A DNA stretch of 64,000 nucleotides, from positions 51,146 to 115,145 of the forward strand of contig DUKY01000007.1 of NCBI GenBank assembly GCA_013329055.1. Reading direction: 5' to 3'. Source of the stretch: Nanobdellota archaeon (lineage in GTDB: Archaea; Nanobdellota; Nanobdellia; Pacearchaeales; GW2011-AR1). Below, one piece after another: positions 20,361 through 29,766 of the stretch (positions within the stretch are counted from its first letter, which is position 1; the number at the start of each line of letters is the position of its first letter). Both the position numbers and the translations under genes were made by a program. Below the pieces are notes generated by a model. It worked only from the letters and a program-made list of their open reading frames with translations, was not told where the DNA came from and did no database searches.

Positions 20361-22316
20361 ATGGTAAATAATAAATTTAACCTTATAACAGAACTAAAAC
20401 CGCAAGGTTCACAACCGGAAGCGATAAAAGAACTTACAGAAGGGATATTAAAAGGAGAAAAGATGCAAACCTTACTTGGAGTTACTGGAAGTGGTAAAAC
20501 TTTTACTATCGCTAACGTTATTAAAAACGTGAATAAACCAACATTAGTTTTAGCACATAATAAAACTCTTGCAGCACAATTATATGAAGAATTAAAATCA
20601 TTTTTCCCGGAGAATAGAGTTGAATATTTTGTTTCTTATTATGATTATTATCAACCTGAAAGTTACATCCCTTCAACAGATCAGTACATTGAAAAAGATT
20701 CTAAAATAAACGCTAAAATTGAGCAAATGCGTTTATCAACTGCAGCATCCTTAATGGGAAGAAAAGATGTTATTGTTGTTTCATCTGTTTCATGTATTTA
20801 CGGTTTAGGTAAACCTGAGAATTTTGAAAAGTTTAGATTCGGTCTAAGAGTTGGACAAAATATTTCACGAAAAGAAATTTTATTAAAATTAATTAATTCA
20901 CAGTATGAAAGAAATGATACAGATTTATCTGCGGGAAAATTTAGAGTTAAAGGGGATATTATAGATTTAGCTCCTGGTTATTTTAATAATACAATCCGGA
21001 TTGAATTATTCGGAGATGTTGTTGAGAAAATATTTGAGATAGACAAAATTACCGGTAAAAAGATTGATTCTTTAGATTATTTTTCTGTTTATCCTGCAAA
21101 ACATTTTATTGTTCCGGAAGAAGATATTACTCCTGCACTTGAGTTGATAAAAAAAGAACTAAAAGAAACTTTAACGAAAATGCCTATGCTTGAAGCACAT
21201 CGATTAAAACAAAGAACATTGCATGATATTGAGATGATTAAAGAAACAGGTTATTGCAAGGGTATTGAAAATTATTCAAGACATTTTGACGGAAGAAAAT
21301 CCGGTGAACCCCCGTATACATTAATGGATTATTTTAGCGATGATTCCCTGATTATTATTGATGAATCGCATCAGACAATTCCACAGATTCATGGGATGTA
21401 TAAGGGAGATAAAGCGAGAAAGAAAAATTTAATTGATTTTGGTTTTCGTCTTCCTAGTGCATATGATAATAGACCATTAAAATTTGATGAATTTGAAAAA
21501 ATAATGGATAGACGTCAAACAATTTTTGTTTCAGCTACACCTTCAGAATATGAGAAAGAAAATTCTTCAAGAATAGTTGAGCAAATTATCAGGCCAACTG
21601 GTTTAGTTGACCCAGAAGTATCGGTTAAACCACTGGATAATCAGGTTGAAGATGTGAAGATTGAAATTGACAAGGCTATAAAAAAGGGTCATAGAATTTT
21701 GGTTACTACATTAACAAAAAGATTAGCAGAAGAGTTAACAGAATATTTAGCCGAATCCGGGATTAAAACAAGATATTTACATTCGGAAATTGATACTCTT
21801 GAACGTACTGAAATTATTCGGCAGTTAAGATTAGGGGAGTTTGATGTTTTGGTTGGAATTAATTTATTGAGAGAAGGAATTGATATTCCGGAGGTTGGTT
21901 TTGTAGGAATTTTAGATGCTGATAAAGAAGGATTCTTGCGTAATGATAAATCTTTAATTCAAACAATTGGGCGGGCTGCGAGAAATTCTGAGGCAAAAGT
22001 TATACTTTATGCAAATAACATGACTGATTCAATAAAAAAGGCGATTGATGAAACTAACAGAAGAAGAAAAATTCAGGAGGATTATAATAAGAAACACCAT
22101 ATTGAACCTAAAACAATTATTAAGCCTATTAAAGAAAAAGAAGTTGATGTGAAAGATATTAAACATATTCCAAAAAAAGAAATTCCAAACATTTTAATTG
22201 AACTTGAAGCAGAGATGAGGGACATGGCAGAAAAATTGGAGTTTGAAAAAGCTATTAATATTAGAAATAGGATGAAAAAATTAAAAGAAAAAATCGGTAT
22301 GAAAGATTTTGATTGA
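20361..22316 (+). CDS. uvrB: Excinuclease ABC subunit B
   Basis: Helicase motifs (GVTGSGKT, DESH), the beta-hairpin region and a C-terminal UvrB/UvrC interaction domain. Confidence 0.95.
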   Translation: MVNNKFNLITELKPQGSQPEAIKELTEGILKGEKMQTLLGVTGSGKTFTIANVIKNVNKPTLVLAHNKTLAAQLYEELKSFFPENRVEYFVSYYDYYQPESYIPSTDQYIEKDSKINAKIEQMRLSTAASLMGRKDVIVVSSVSCIYGLGKPENFEKFRFGLRVGQNISRKEILLKLINSQYERNDTDLSAGKFRVKGDIIDLAPGYFNNTIRIELFGDVVEKIFEIDKITGKKIDSLDYFSVYPAKHFIVPEEDITPALELIKKELKETLTKMPMLEAHRLKQRTLHDIEMIKETGYCKGIENYSRHFDGRKSGEPPYTLMDYFSDDSLIIIDESHQTIPQIHGMYKGDKARKKNLIDFGFRLPSAYDNRPLKFDEFEKIMDRRQTIFVSATPSEYEKENSSRIVEQIIRPTGLVDPEVSVKPLDNQVEDVKIEIDKAIKKGHRILVTTLTKRLAEELTEYLAESGIKTRYLHSEIDTLERTEIIRQLRLGEFDVLVGINLLREGIDIPEVGFVGILDADKEGFLRNDKSLIQTIGRAARNSEAKVILYANNMTDSIKKAIDETNRRRKIQEDYNKKHHIEPKTIIKPIKEKEVDVKDIKHIPKKEIPNILIELEAEMRDMAEKLEFEKAINIRNRMKKLKEKIGMKDFD

Positions 22317-22318
22317 TT

Positions 22319-22669
22319 TTATTCCCATTTGTCAATTTCTTCTTCAACTTTTTTATTCCAATTTTTTATTATTTCTTTGAGAATTATTTTTATCTGGGAT
22401 TTATAATTAACTTCATAAACATAAATATATCCCCCATAATCTAAATTTTTTTTGTATTTTAATAGAATCTTTTTTTCAGATAACTTTTTAACAGCTTTTT
22501 GGATAGTTGTTAAATTTAAATTTAATTTATCTTTAATTTTTAAAGTGGTTAATTCCATATCTGAATTATCAATTAGATGCTTCAAAACAATAAATTCTTT
22601 TTTTGTTAGTCCTAAACTATATTTAAGTATGTCATCAAAGATAAATTTTTTACATGTAAAGTCGACCAT
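22319..22669 (-). CDS. Small winged-helix DNA-binding protein
   Basis: wHTH-like segment KKEFIVLKHLIDNS…LTTIQKAVKKLSEKKIL. Confidence 0.45.
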   Translation of the reverse strand: MVDFTCKKFIFDDILKYSLGLTKKEFIVLKHLIDNSDMELTTLKIKDKLNLNLTTIQKAVKKLSEKKILLKYKKNLDYGGYIYVYEVNYKSQIKIILKEIIKNWNKKVEEEIDKWE

Positions 22670-22878
22670 ATTATAGTACTCTTATCTTGAGTATTTAAAC
22701 TATACTTCTAAAAAATAGAAGTCGCCATAACCATTTTTTGGGGGTGAAATAAAACCTTATTGAAGAAGTTATTTTAAAAAAAAGTTCATATTTTCGTCGA
22801 TTATTTGAAAAATTAAAAAAAGTTTCATATTTGATAAGTTTATTTTTAGGATAATCAATTTTTCACTGGTTTGAAGGA

Positions 22879-23220
22879 ATGAACATATACGTTTCAAAAC
22901 ATTTAAAAGGAAAATACCTTCTGGATATATATATTAAACTATACAAGTCTAAGATGAAAAACAATTTTGACGTATTTTTTCGAAGAAAGCCAGCGATGAT
23001 TCTGGTAGCTTTGAAAAAGAACACAAGGATGAGGTATGGTAGTGTTTTGGCTAAAGAAGTGGATTGCACTTATAGCCATGCAGTGAAAATTCTGCAAACC
23101 CTGGAAGAACTAAAGTTAGTTGAATTTAAGAAAAAGGGGCGAATAAAGGTGATTAAACTAACTAAGAAGGGTAACGATGTTGCAGATGCTATTGAGAATA
23201 TCAATAAGCTGATAAAATAA
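22879..23220 (+). CDS. Small winged-helix transcription regulator
   Basis: wHTH-like segment MRYGSVLAKEVDCTYSHAVKILQTLEELKLV. Divergent from 22319..22669. Confidence 0.45.
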   Translation: MNIYVSKHLKGKYLLDIYIKLYKSKMKNNFDVFFRRKPAMILVALKKNTRMRYGSVLAKEVDCTYSHAVKILQTLEELKLVEFKKKGRIKVIKLTKKGNDVADAIENINKLIK

Positions 23221-23503
23221 AACCGCCAAGCCCCTGAAAGAAGATATGATTTAAATCATATTATAAACCACTGATAGGAATAGTGGACATTATTTATTTT
23301 TTTATTTAATTCCTTAAAATTTTATAAAATCCCGACGGGATTTTCCTCATAACCCATGAAAGCTTCTTTAAATTCACCCTCAAAAGTTATTCGTTCATTT
23401 ATTCGAACTTTCAGAGTTACTCGCCCGCAACTTTTAAAGTTTTTTGAATCTACTCAGATTAAACCCTTGAAATAAATATATACCTTTCTGTTTGTATATA
23501 TTA

Positions 23504-23599
23504 TGACCCCGACGGGAGTTGAACCCGCGACACCCAGATATCTCCATTGATAATTAAATCTAAGAGTCTGGTGCTCTAACCAGGCTGAGCTACGGAGCC
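23504..23599 (-). tRNA. tRNA-Lys (anticodon CUU) with a ~21-nt intron at the canonical 37/38 position
   Basis: Manual fold: acceptor GGCUCCG/CGGGGUC, D arm GCUC-AGCCUGGUUA-GAGC, anticodon stem CCAGA/UCUGG with loop CUCUUAA interrupted by GAUUUAAUUAUCAAUGGAGAU. T arm GCGGG-UUCAACU-CCCGU, discriminator A. Confidence 0.75.
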
Positions 23600-24030
23600 A
23601 TAGTAAAACATTAGTGATTTACTTTAAAAATATGTTGATTTACGTTAGCACCAGACGTAACTGGGGACGTTGAAAATTTGCCAAAAAGAAATTTTTAACA
23701 ATCAGAGAATTAAATTACAATTCTCTGAATCTAACCAGGCTGAAGCTACTGCAGCCATAGTAAAACATTAGTGATTTACTTTAAAAATATGTTGATTTAC
23801 GTTAGCACCAGATGTAAAGAGTCTGGAGACGTTGAAAATTTGCCAAAAAGAAATTTTTAACGATCAGAGAATTAAATTACAATTCTCTGAGTCTAACCAG
23901 GCTGAAGCTACTGCAGCCATAGTAAAACATTATTGATTTACTTTGGCACCAGACGTAAAGAGTCTGGGGACGTTGAAAATTTTGTAAAAAGAAATTTTTA
24001 ACGATCAGAGAATAGATTGATTGAAAATTT
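23600..24030. repeat. Tandem array upstream of tRNA-Lys: about 2.7 units of ~160 bp, each carrying a promoter-like segment, a 27-nt degenerate copy of the tRNA 5' end and a 10-bp-stem hairpin
   Basis: Repeated gcagccat (complement of the tRNA 5' end GGCUGCAG…) at ~23751-23758 and 23911-23918. Repeated cagagaattaaattacaattctctg hairpin. Confidence 0.8.
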
Positions 24031-24033
24031 TTT

Positions 24034-24342
24034 TTATCGGTATTGCTTAAAAGTATGATTACATTTTACACATTCAAAGAATCGTGTTTCAGCTTCATCA
24101 CTTCCACGAGTTTGTCTTGTCCAAAAATAGCATTTCCCATGACTACATTTCATACATTTTTCATCAGTTATTGGCCGAACATCAAGAGTATTATCTTTTA
24201 TTACTGCAATTTCTTTTTTTTCTTCAATTTTTTCAGAAATCGAAAGATTTACTTTTCCTTTGATTATAAACCCGCATCTTAGGCATTCACCATTAGTTCC
24301 TTTTTGCATAACAACAGCACCGCATTTGGGACAAAATTCCAT
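24034..24342 (-). CDS. tfs: Transcription factor S / RNA polymerase subunit M
   Basis: N-terminal Zn ribbon (CPKCG…CLRCG) and C-terminal TFIIS-type Zn ribbon with RGSDEAETRFFEC. Confidence 0.85.
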   Translation of the reverse strand: MEFCPKCGAVVMQKGTNGECLRCGFIIKGKVNLSISEKIEEKKEIAVIKDNTLDVRPITDEKCMKCSHGKCYFWTRQTRGSDEAETRFFECVKCNHTFKQYR

Positions 24343-24386
24343 ATATTGTGATGAGAGAATTAGTTTAAAAAGGTTGTTACAAATAC

Positions 24387-26975
24387 ATGAAAACCTTTAT
24401 TAAGTTCTCAGGATATTTTAATTATATGATGAAAGATGGTGAAAAAAAGGTGGATTTTATTAAATGGTTTTCAGAATTAAATAAAAATTCCGGAGATGTT
24501 GCCGGCGGAAAAGGTGCAAATCTTGCAGAAATTTATAATCTGGGGGTGTTAGTTCCTCAAGGATTTGTTATTACAGCTCAAGCTTATAATTATTTTATTG
24601 AAAAAGCTAAATTAAAAGATAAAATGATTAGCATTTTAGAAGGATTAAATTATGAAGATACAGAAAAATTAGATAAAGTTACAGCAGAAATTCGTTCATT
24701 AATTGTGAATTCTAAAATCCCCGAAGAGATGAGTGAAGAAATTTTAGAAGCTTATGAACAATTGGGGACTGATTTATCTGAAATTGGAAAAAGTTCTGCT
24801 TTGGACATCTTAAAAAGATCTGCTGAACCAACTTTTGTGGCTGTAAGAAGCAGTGCGACGGCAGAGGATTTAGCAGAAGCAAGTTTTGCAGGTCAGCAAG
24901 ATTCATTTCTAAACATTAAAGGTAATTATGAACTATTGACTCATGTCAAAAAATGCTTTGCATCACTTTTTACTTCCAGAGCAACTTATTATAGACATAA
25001 GCAAGGATTCAAACATGAAAAAGTTAGTCTTGCAGTAGTTATCCAAAAAATGGTTGATTCAGATAAATCAGGTGTATTATTTTCAAAAGATCCTGCTTAC
25101 AAAAAAGAGGATATTACTATTGAAGCTGTATGGGGTCTTGGAGAAGGAATTGTCTCTGGAAAAATTACTCCTGACCATTATGTTATTTCAAGAGATTTAG
25201 AGATTTTAGAACAAAAAATTGCAGACAAAAAAATTGTAATAACAAGAGATTCTGGAGGCAAACAGATAATTCTCAAATTAAGAGATGAGAAATCAAATGC
25301 AAAAGTATTAACAGATTATGAGATGAGAAAATTAACTGAATTAGCAATAAAATTAGAAAAACACTATAAAAAACCACAAGATATTGAATTTGCGATAGAG
25401 GGCAATGATATTTTTATTACCCAAACTAGACCAATTACAACAATGGAAAAGAGAATTGATGAATCTTTAGAAAATCGAGAAATAAAAGGTACTCCAATAT
25501 TAACAGGTTTAGCAGCTTCTCCGGGAATAGCTTCTGGGAAAGTTAAAATTGTTCATAATTTAAAAGATTTACAAAAGGTAAATGTTGGGGATATTTTAGT
25601 TACAAAGATGACTAATCCGGATATGGTTGTTACAATGCAAAAGTCCGCAGCGATTGTGACCGATGAAGGAGGTCTTACTGCACATGCTTCAATTGTTTCA
25701 AGAGAAATGGGTATTCCTGCAATTGTTGGAACTCAAAATGCTACAACGCAATTTAAAGATGGAGATTTAATAACTGTTGACGGATTTAGCGGAAAAATAT
25801 ATTCCGGAAAAACTGCTGAAGATACTAAAAAAGAAATCTTGCCAGTAACAGCTAAAACTAAAACAAAAGTTAAAGTTATTGTTGATCTTCCAAATTTTGC
25901 ATCTCGTGCAGCAAAAACTGGGATTAGTAAAATTGGTTTAACAAGAATTGAAGGGATAATTGCTGAATCAGGAAAACATCCGGAATTTTTCCTGAAACAA
26001 AATAAAATTAAAGAATATGAAGAAATAATTTTCAAGGGTATTAATACAATTATGGAACATTTTGATGAAATCTGGGTTAGAACGTCGGATATTCGAAGTG
26101 ATGAATTTAATAATTTGGAAGGGGCCCCTAAAGAAATTGAAGCTAATCCAATGTTAGGATTTCATGGGATCAGATACAGTTTAAAAAATCCTGAGATTTT
26201 AAAAGCTGAATTCAGGGCTTTACAAAGAGTTGCTTCAAAAGAAAAAACAGTTGGATTACTATTGCCTCAAGTTATTTCTGTAGAAGAAGTTCAGGGAGTT
26301 AAGAAAATTCTAAAAGAGATTAATTTTAGTAATGTAAAAGTAGGGGTTATGATTGAAACGCCTGCAGCGGTGCAAATAATTAAAGATTTATGTACTGAAG
26401 GAATTGATTTTATTTCATTTGGAACGAATGACTTGACTCAATATATGCTGGCAGTTGATAGAGGCAATAAAAAAGTTCAATATCTTTACAATGAAATGCA
26501 TCCTTCAGTTTTATACCAACTTGAATATGTAATTCGGGTATGCAAGAGAAATAATGTTGAGACAAGCATTTGCGGACAAGCTGGGAGTCAAAAAGAGATG
26601 GTAAAATTTTTAGTCCACAAAAATATTGATAGTATAAGTGTTAATGCTGATGTTGCAAAAGAAATTTCTGATTATATTTTTGAAATTGAAGAAAATAAAG
26701 TTAAGGGAACTGATGAAGAACCAAGGCAATATCAACCATCAACAGAAGATAAGAATATTGAACAAAATTTAGAAAAAGATATACAGGCAATTGAAAAAGA
26801 AAAACAAGAATATCTTAAAACAAAAGAGAATACTAAAAAAACTGAAGAAAAACCGGAATTTGAAGAACCGCAAAAAATCGAGGATAATGAGGATTTTTCA
26901 ATAGTTGAAGATTTCGATAAATTAGAAGAAGATTTGGAAGCAATTGAAAAAGAAAGAAAGGAATACATAAAATAA
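24387..26975 (+). CDS. ppsA: Phosphoenolpyruvate synthase paralog 2 with a ~90 aa acidic, repeat-containing C-terminal tail
   Basis: Phospho-His domain GGLTAHASIVSREMGIPAIVG. The tail contains AIEKEKQEYLK and AIEKERKEYIK repeats. Confidence 0.85.
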   Translation: MKTFIKFSGYFNYMMKDGEKKVDFIKWFSELNKNSGDVAGGKGANLAEIYNLGVLVPQGFVITAQAYNYFIEKAKLKDKMISILEGLNYEDTEKLDKVTAEIRSLIVNSKIPEEMSEEILEAYEQLGTDLSEIGKSSALDILKRSAEPTFVAVRSSATAEDLAEASFAGQQDSFLNIKGNYELLTHVKKCFASLFTSRATYYRHKQGFKHEKVSLAVVIQKMVDSDKSGVLFSKDPAYKKEDITIEAVWGLGEGIVSGKITPDHYVISRDLEILEQKIADKKIVITRDSGGKQIILKLRDEKSNAKVLTDYEMRKLTELAIKLEKHYKKPQDIEFAIEGNDIFITQTRPITTMEKRIDESLENREIKGTPILTGLAASPGIASGKVKIVHNLKDLQKVNVGDILVTKMTNPDMVVTMQKSAAIVTDEGGLTAHASIVSREMGIPAIVGTQNATTQFKDGDLITVDGFSGKIYSGKTAEDTKKEILPVTAKTKTKVKVIVDLPNFASRAAKTGISKIGLTRIEGIIAESGKHPEFFLKQNKIKEYEEIIFKGINTIMEHFDEIWVRTSDIRSDEFNNLEGAPKEIEANPMLGFHGIRYSLKNPEILKAEFRALQRVASKEKTVGLLLPQVISVEEVQGVKKILKEINFSNVKVGVMIETPAAVQIIKDLCTEGIDFISFGTNDLTQYMLAVDRGNKKVQYLYNEMHPSVLYQLEYVIRVCKRNNVETSICGQAGSQKEMVKFLVHKNIDSISVNADVAKEISDYIFEIEENKVKGTDEEPRQYQPSTEDKNIEQNLEKDIQAIEKEKQEYLKTKENTKKTEEKPEFEEPQKIEDNEDFSIVEDFDKLEEDLEAIEKERKEYIK

Positions 26976-27033
26976 GTTAATTCTGGAATATTTAAAAACA
27001 AAATTTTATAAATCACTATTCATTTAAGAATCT

Positions 27034-27522
27034 ATGAAAAAAGAGAGCGTGAGTAAAAAAGTGGAATCTCCTAAAAATGAAAGGGATATTCAAACAGAAA
27101 AAATTCTTGTTGAAAATTTCGTGGCATTGCAAAAGGTGATGGTTAATCTTTCAATTAAGTTTGATAATCTTTCAGGGCAGATTTCAAAATTATTAGAATT
27201 ATTTGAAATTTCAGCAAAAGCATTGGCTGAGAAAGATTTTGATTTAGAAAAAGATACTAAAGATAAAGAGAAAATTTTGAAAAAACTGGATGATTTATTT
27301 GATCAGAATAAAGTTATTGCAAGAGGTTTAACATTACTTCATGAACCTGTTCAAAAAATGGAACCACCAAGTCCGCAACAATCAGAACCTTCACAAATGC
27401 AACCGCCAGTTCCAAGTCCAAAGATACAGCAATTGCCTCCGGTACAAATGATTCCAAGAGATCAATATCAATTATCAATCTCTTCAAATCCTCAAAGATT
27501 TAAGCAATTACCAAGAGGTTAG
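27034..27522 (+). CDS. Hypothetical coiled-coil protein with a Pro/Gln-rich C-terminus
   Basis: Composition only. 6-nt gap to the next gene. Confidence 0.4.
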   Translation: MKKESVSKKVESPKNERDIQTEKILVENFVALQKVMVNLSIKFDNLSGQISKLLELFEISAKALAEKDFDLEKDTKDKEKILKKLDDLFDQNKVIARGLTLLHEPVQKMEPPSPQQSEPSQMQPPVPSPKIQQLPPVQMIPRDQYQLSISSNPQRFKQLPRG

Positions 27523-27527
27523 AGACA

Positions 27528-28256
27528 ATGATTGATTCAAATTCTCAAGAATATAGGACTTTTTTTTTGAAACAATTTACCAGACAGTTAATTCAAAATT
27601 CCGGAACAGGCTATCTTTTTACATATGAACATTTAATTCAAAAAAAAGAAGCTAAAGAAGAACATGAAAAGAAAAAATTAGTATCAGTTGCAGAGAAGGA
27701 AATATATTTACCGAAGAAAGAAAAAATAAAACAGGTAGTTCATAGAATTGAAGTTAAGAAAATTCTACCAATTCAACAAAAACAAGAAGAACCATTTTTT
27801 CCAAGACCTCAGAGAATTATTCAGCCAACTAATATTGGAGCACAACAACCTTCACGAAAATTAGTTATTCCTCAAACCAGACTTCCGGAATATCTTCAGC
27901 ATATTAAACCTGTTCCGTCACAAACTCAAATTAATTTAAAAAAATTAAATAAATTAGTAAGTGATCCAATGGTTCAATATATTGAATGTGTTGGGGAAAA
28001 TGAAAATATATTAGTTAGTGGTAAAATGGGATTAAGAAAAACAGAGATTATTCTGGATAGGCAGGAGATTTCAGAGATTATTGATATATTTTCTGAAGCT
28101 GCGAGAATTCCGGTTTCTGAGGGAATTTTCCGTGTTGCTGTTGGAAAATTAATCCTTTCGGCAATAGTTTCTGATGTGGTTAGTACAAAATTTACTATTC
28201 AAAAGATGAATCCTTTAACTTCAGGAATTAATCCGCAAATAAGAAGAAATTTTTAA
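27528..28256 (+). CDS. Protein carrying only the N-terminal domain of a FlaI/VirB11/PilT-type secretion ATPase (no ATPase core)
   Basis: C-terminal ~90 aa (YIECVGENENILVSG…FRVAVGKLILSAIVSDVVSTKFTIQKM) matches the T2SS-E N-domain pattern. No Walker A follows. Confidence 0.4.
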   Translation: MIDSNSQEYRTFFLKQFTRQLIQNSGTGYLFTYEHLIQKKEAKEEHEKKKLVSVAEKEIYLPKKEKIKQVVHRIEVKKILPIQQKQEEPFFPRPQRIIQPTNIGAQQPSRKLVIPQTRLPEYLQHIKPVPSQTQINLKKLNKLVSDPMVQYIECVGENENILVSGKMGLRKTEIILDRQEISEIIDIFSEAARIPVSEGIFRVAVGKLILSAIVSDVVSTKFTIQKMNPLTSGINPQIRRNF

Positions 28257-28291
28257 TGATAAAATTTTTATAAACAAAATTTAATATAAAA

Positions 28292-29329
28292 TTATTTTTT
28301 CATATGAACATCCATTTGAGGGAATGGAATTTCTATTTTTTCTTTTTTAAAAGAGTTATAAATTCTTGTATAAACCTCGTCCATTGTATCAAGTCGATTA
28401 TCAAAAGTATCTATATAAAAATAAGCTTTAAAATTTAATGATGAATCTCCCATTTCTAAAAATCGAACAACAGGTTCATCAGGCTTAAACTCTATATTTT
28501 TCGATTTTTTGATTTCATCTAAAACAATTTTTTTTACTTTTTCAATATCACTTCCGTAAGCAACTCCAAAAGGTAAAACTACTCTTGTTCTTGGTTCTGG
28601 TAAAGCAACATTTTGAATATTTGATTCAGCTAATTTACTGTTAGGTACAATTAAGTATTCATTATCAAAAGTTTTAATTTTTGTACTTCTAAAACCAATT
28701 TTTTCTATCTTTCCTCCGGTAGTTTTATCTATATAAACTAAATCTCCGACTCTTACAGATTGGTCAAGAACTATCGATGCACCTGAAAAAATATTGCCTA
28801 AAATTGGCTGAAGTCCTAAAGCAATAGCAATACCTGCAATACCCAAACCTGCTAATAATGGACCAATTTCTACGCCCCACAAACTAAGAATGTATAAAAA
28901 GATAATAATTACTACTGAAACATTTATAGTGCTACTAAATAAAGTTAAAACTGTATGGTCTAATCGTGATTTAGTTTTTCTTGCAATATATTTAAACCAA
29001 GTTAAAATAACTAAATCAAAAGTGACATAAATAATATAAGCAATCACAATTGCAATTAATGAATGAATTATTCTAATAGAAAGAGTCATCATCATTTCAT
29101 CTAAAGTTAATTCAATAATTGATATCCTGAATGCAAAAAATAAAGATAAAAGAATTAAAGGTTTGAAAGTTTTTGAAAGTAATCTGTCGTCGATATCGGT
29201 CTTGGTCTTGTTTGTTAATTTTAATAATAATTTCTGCAACAATATTAAAGCAAGACTGATAATTAAAAAAGCTCCGATAAAGATTATAGAAGTTCTTGCA
29301 TATTCATTGACAATATACTGTTCAAACAT
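28292..29329 (-). CDS. Mechanosensitive ion channel, MscS family
   Basis: TM helices plus the MscS beta-domain signature (…GDLVYIDKTTGGKIEKIGFRSTKIKTFDNEYLIVPNS…). Confidence 0.85.
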   Translation of the reverse strand: MFEQYIVNEYARTSIIFIGAFLIISLALILLQKLLLKLTNKTKTDIDDRLLSKTFKPLILLSLFFAFRISIIELTLDEMMMTLSIRIIHSLIAIVIAYIIYVTFDLVILTWFKYIARKTKSRLDHTVLTLFSSTINVSVVIIIFLYILSLWGVEIGPLLAGLGIAGIAIALGLQPILGNIFSGASIVLDQSVRVGDLVYIDKTTGGKIEKIGFRSTKIKTFDNEYLIVPNSKLAESNIQNVALPEPRTRVVLPFGVAYGSDIEKVKKIVLDEIKKSKNIEFKPDEPVVRFLEMGDSSLNFKAYFYIDTFDNRLDTMDEVYTRIYNSFKKEKIEIPFPQMDVHMKK

Positions 29330-29485
29330 ATTATATTAAAATAATCATATTATTTAAATCTTTTTTGCCGAAAGGAATTTTTATTCTTTTTATGATTTGC
29401 AAAAGGATTATTACTGGGAAATAAATAATTAGGGATAATATAACAGTGTTCTACTCCAAAATTTGCTTTTTTTCTAAAACCCTAA

Positions 29486-29496
29486 CTTTTAAAAAT
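29486..29496 (+). promoter_or_regulatory. Duplicated copy of the tRNA-His promoter-like A/T box upstream of the tRNA-His pseudo-copy
   Basis: ttttaaaaatc lies ~30 nt upstream of the GGCGG start. The whole ~75 bp upstream segment is duplicated at 29440-29525 and 29740-29805. Confidence 0.3.
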
Positions 29497-29525
29497 CTCA
29501 TAATTTATCTATAAACATTCATAAT

Positions 29526-29736
29526 GGCGGTTGTGGTATACAGAAATTAAAAATTTCTGTCCCTACAGGATTAAACTGTGCCTTCGCACAGAAAGATATT
29601 AAAAATCCTGAAGGTACAGAGATTAAAAATTCTGTCCTACAGGATTAAACTGTGCCTTCGCACAGAAAAATATTAAAAATCCTGCAGGTAACGGTTATTA
29701 CATACGGTTGGGGTCAGAGCAAAGAGGGTTCGACTC
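29526..29736 (+). pseudogene. Truncated/disrupted tRNA-His copy: 5' 15 nt, then a 150-bp hairpin-dimer insertion, then a mutated anticodon/T region, with no 3' acceptor strand
   Basis: GGCGGTTGTGGTATA | 29541-29690 insertion | ACGGTTATTACATACGGTTGGGGTCAGAGCAAAGAGGGTTCGACTC, then the duplicated promoter region. Confidence 0.55.
29541..29690. repeat. Tandem dimer (76 + 74 bp) of a cruciform-like hairpin module inserted in the D-loop of the tRNA-His pseudo-copy
   Basis: Each unit has cagaaattaaaaatttctg and caggatt…ctgtgccttcgcacag…aatcctg hairpins and ends in ggta. Confidence 0.8.
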
Positions 29737-29766
29737 AAAAATTCGCTTTTTTTCTAAAACCTTAAC

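Noticed and set aside
8267-22676. Other short antisense ORFs (8267..8461, 8746..8967, 11754..11939, 14121..14306, 16074..16265, 16973..17155, 18555..18845, 22452..22676)
   Set aside because: Each is nested antisense in a longer, motif-supported gene.
22863-23069. 68-aa minus-strand ORF
   Set aside because: It overlaps the better-supported plus-strand wHTH gene 22879..23220.
23600-24030. Tandem repeat arrays at the three tRNA loci (also 29879-30352 and 57129-57685) considered as CRISPR arrays
   Set aside because: Units are 75-285 bp with no alternation of short identical repeats and unique spacers. No cas genes are present. The units contain tRNA fragments and hairpins instead.
24043-27016. 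ORFs 24043..24282(+), 24712..24906(-), 25733..26035(-), 26732..27016(-)
   Set aside because: They are embedded in or antisense to TFS and the PpsA paralog, with low-complexity translations.
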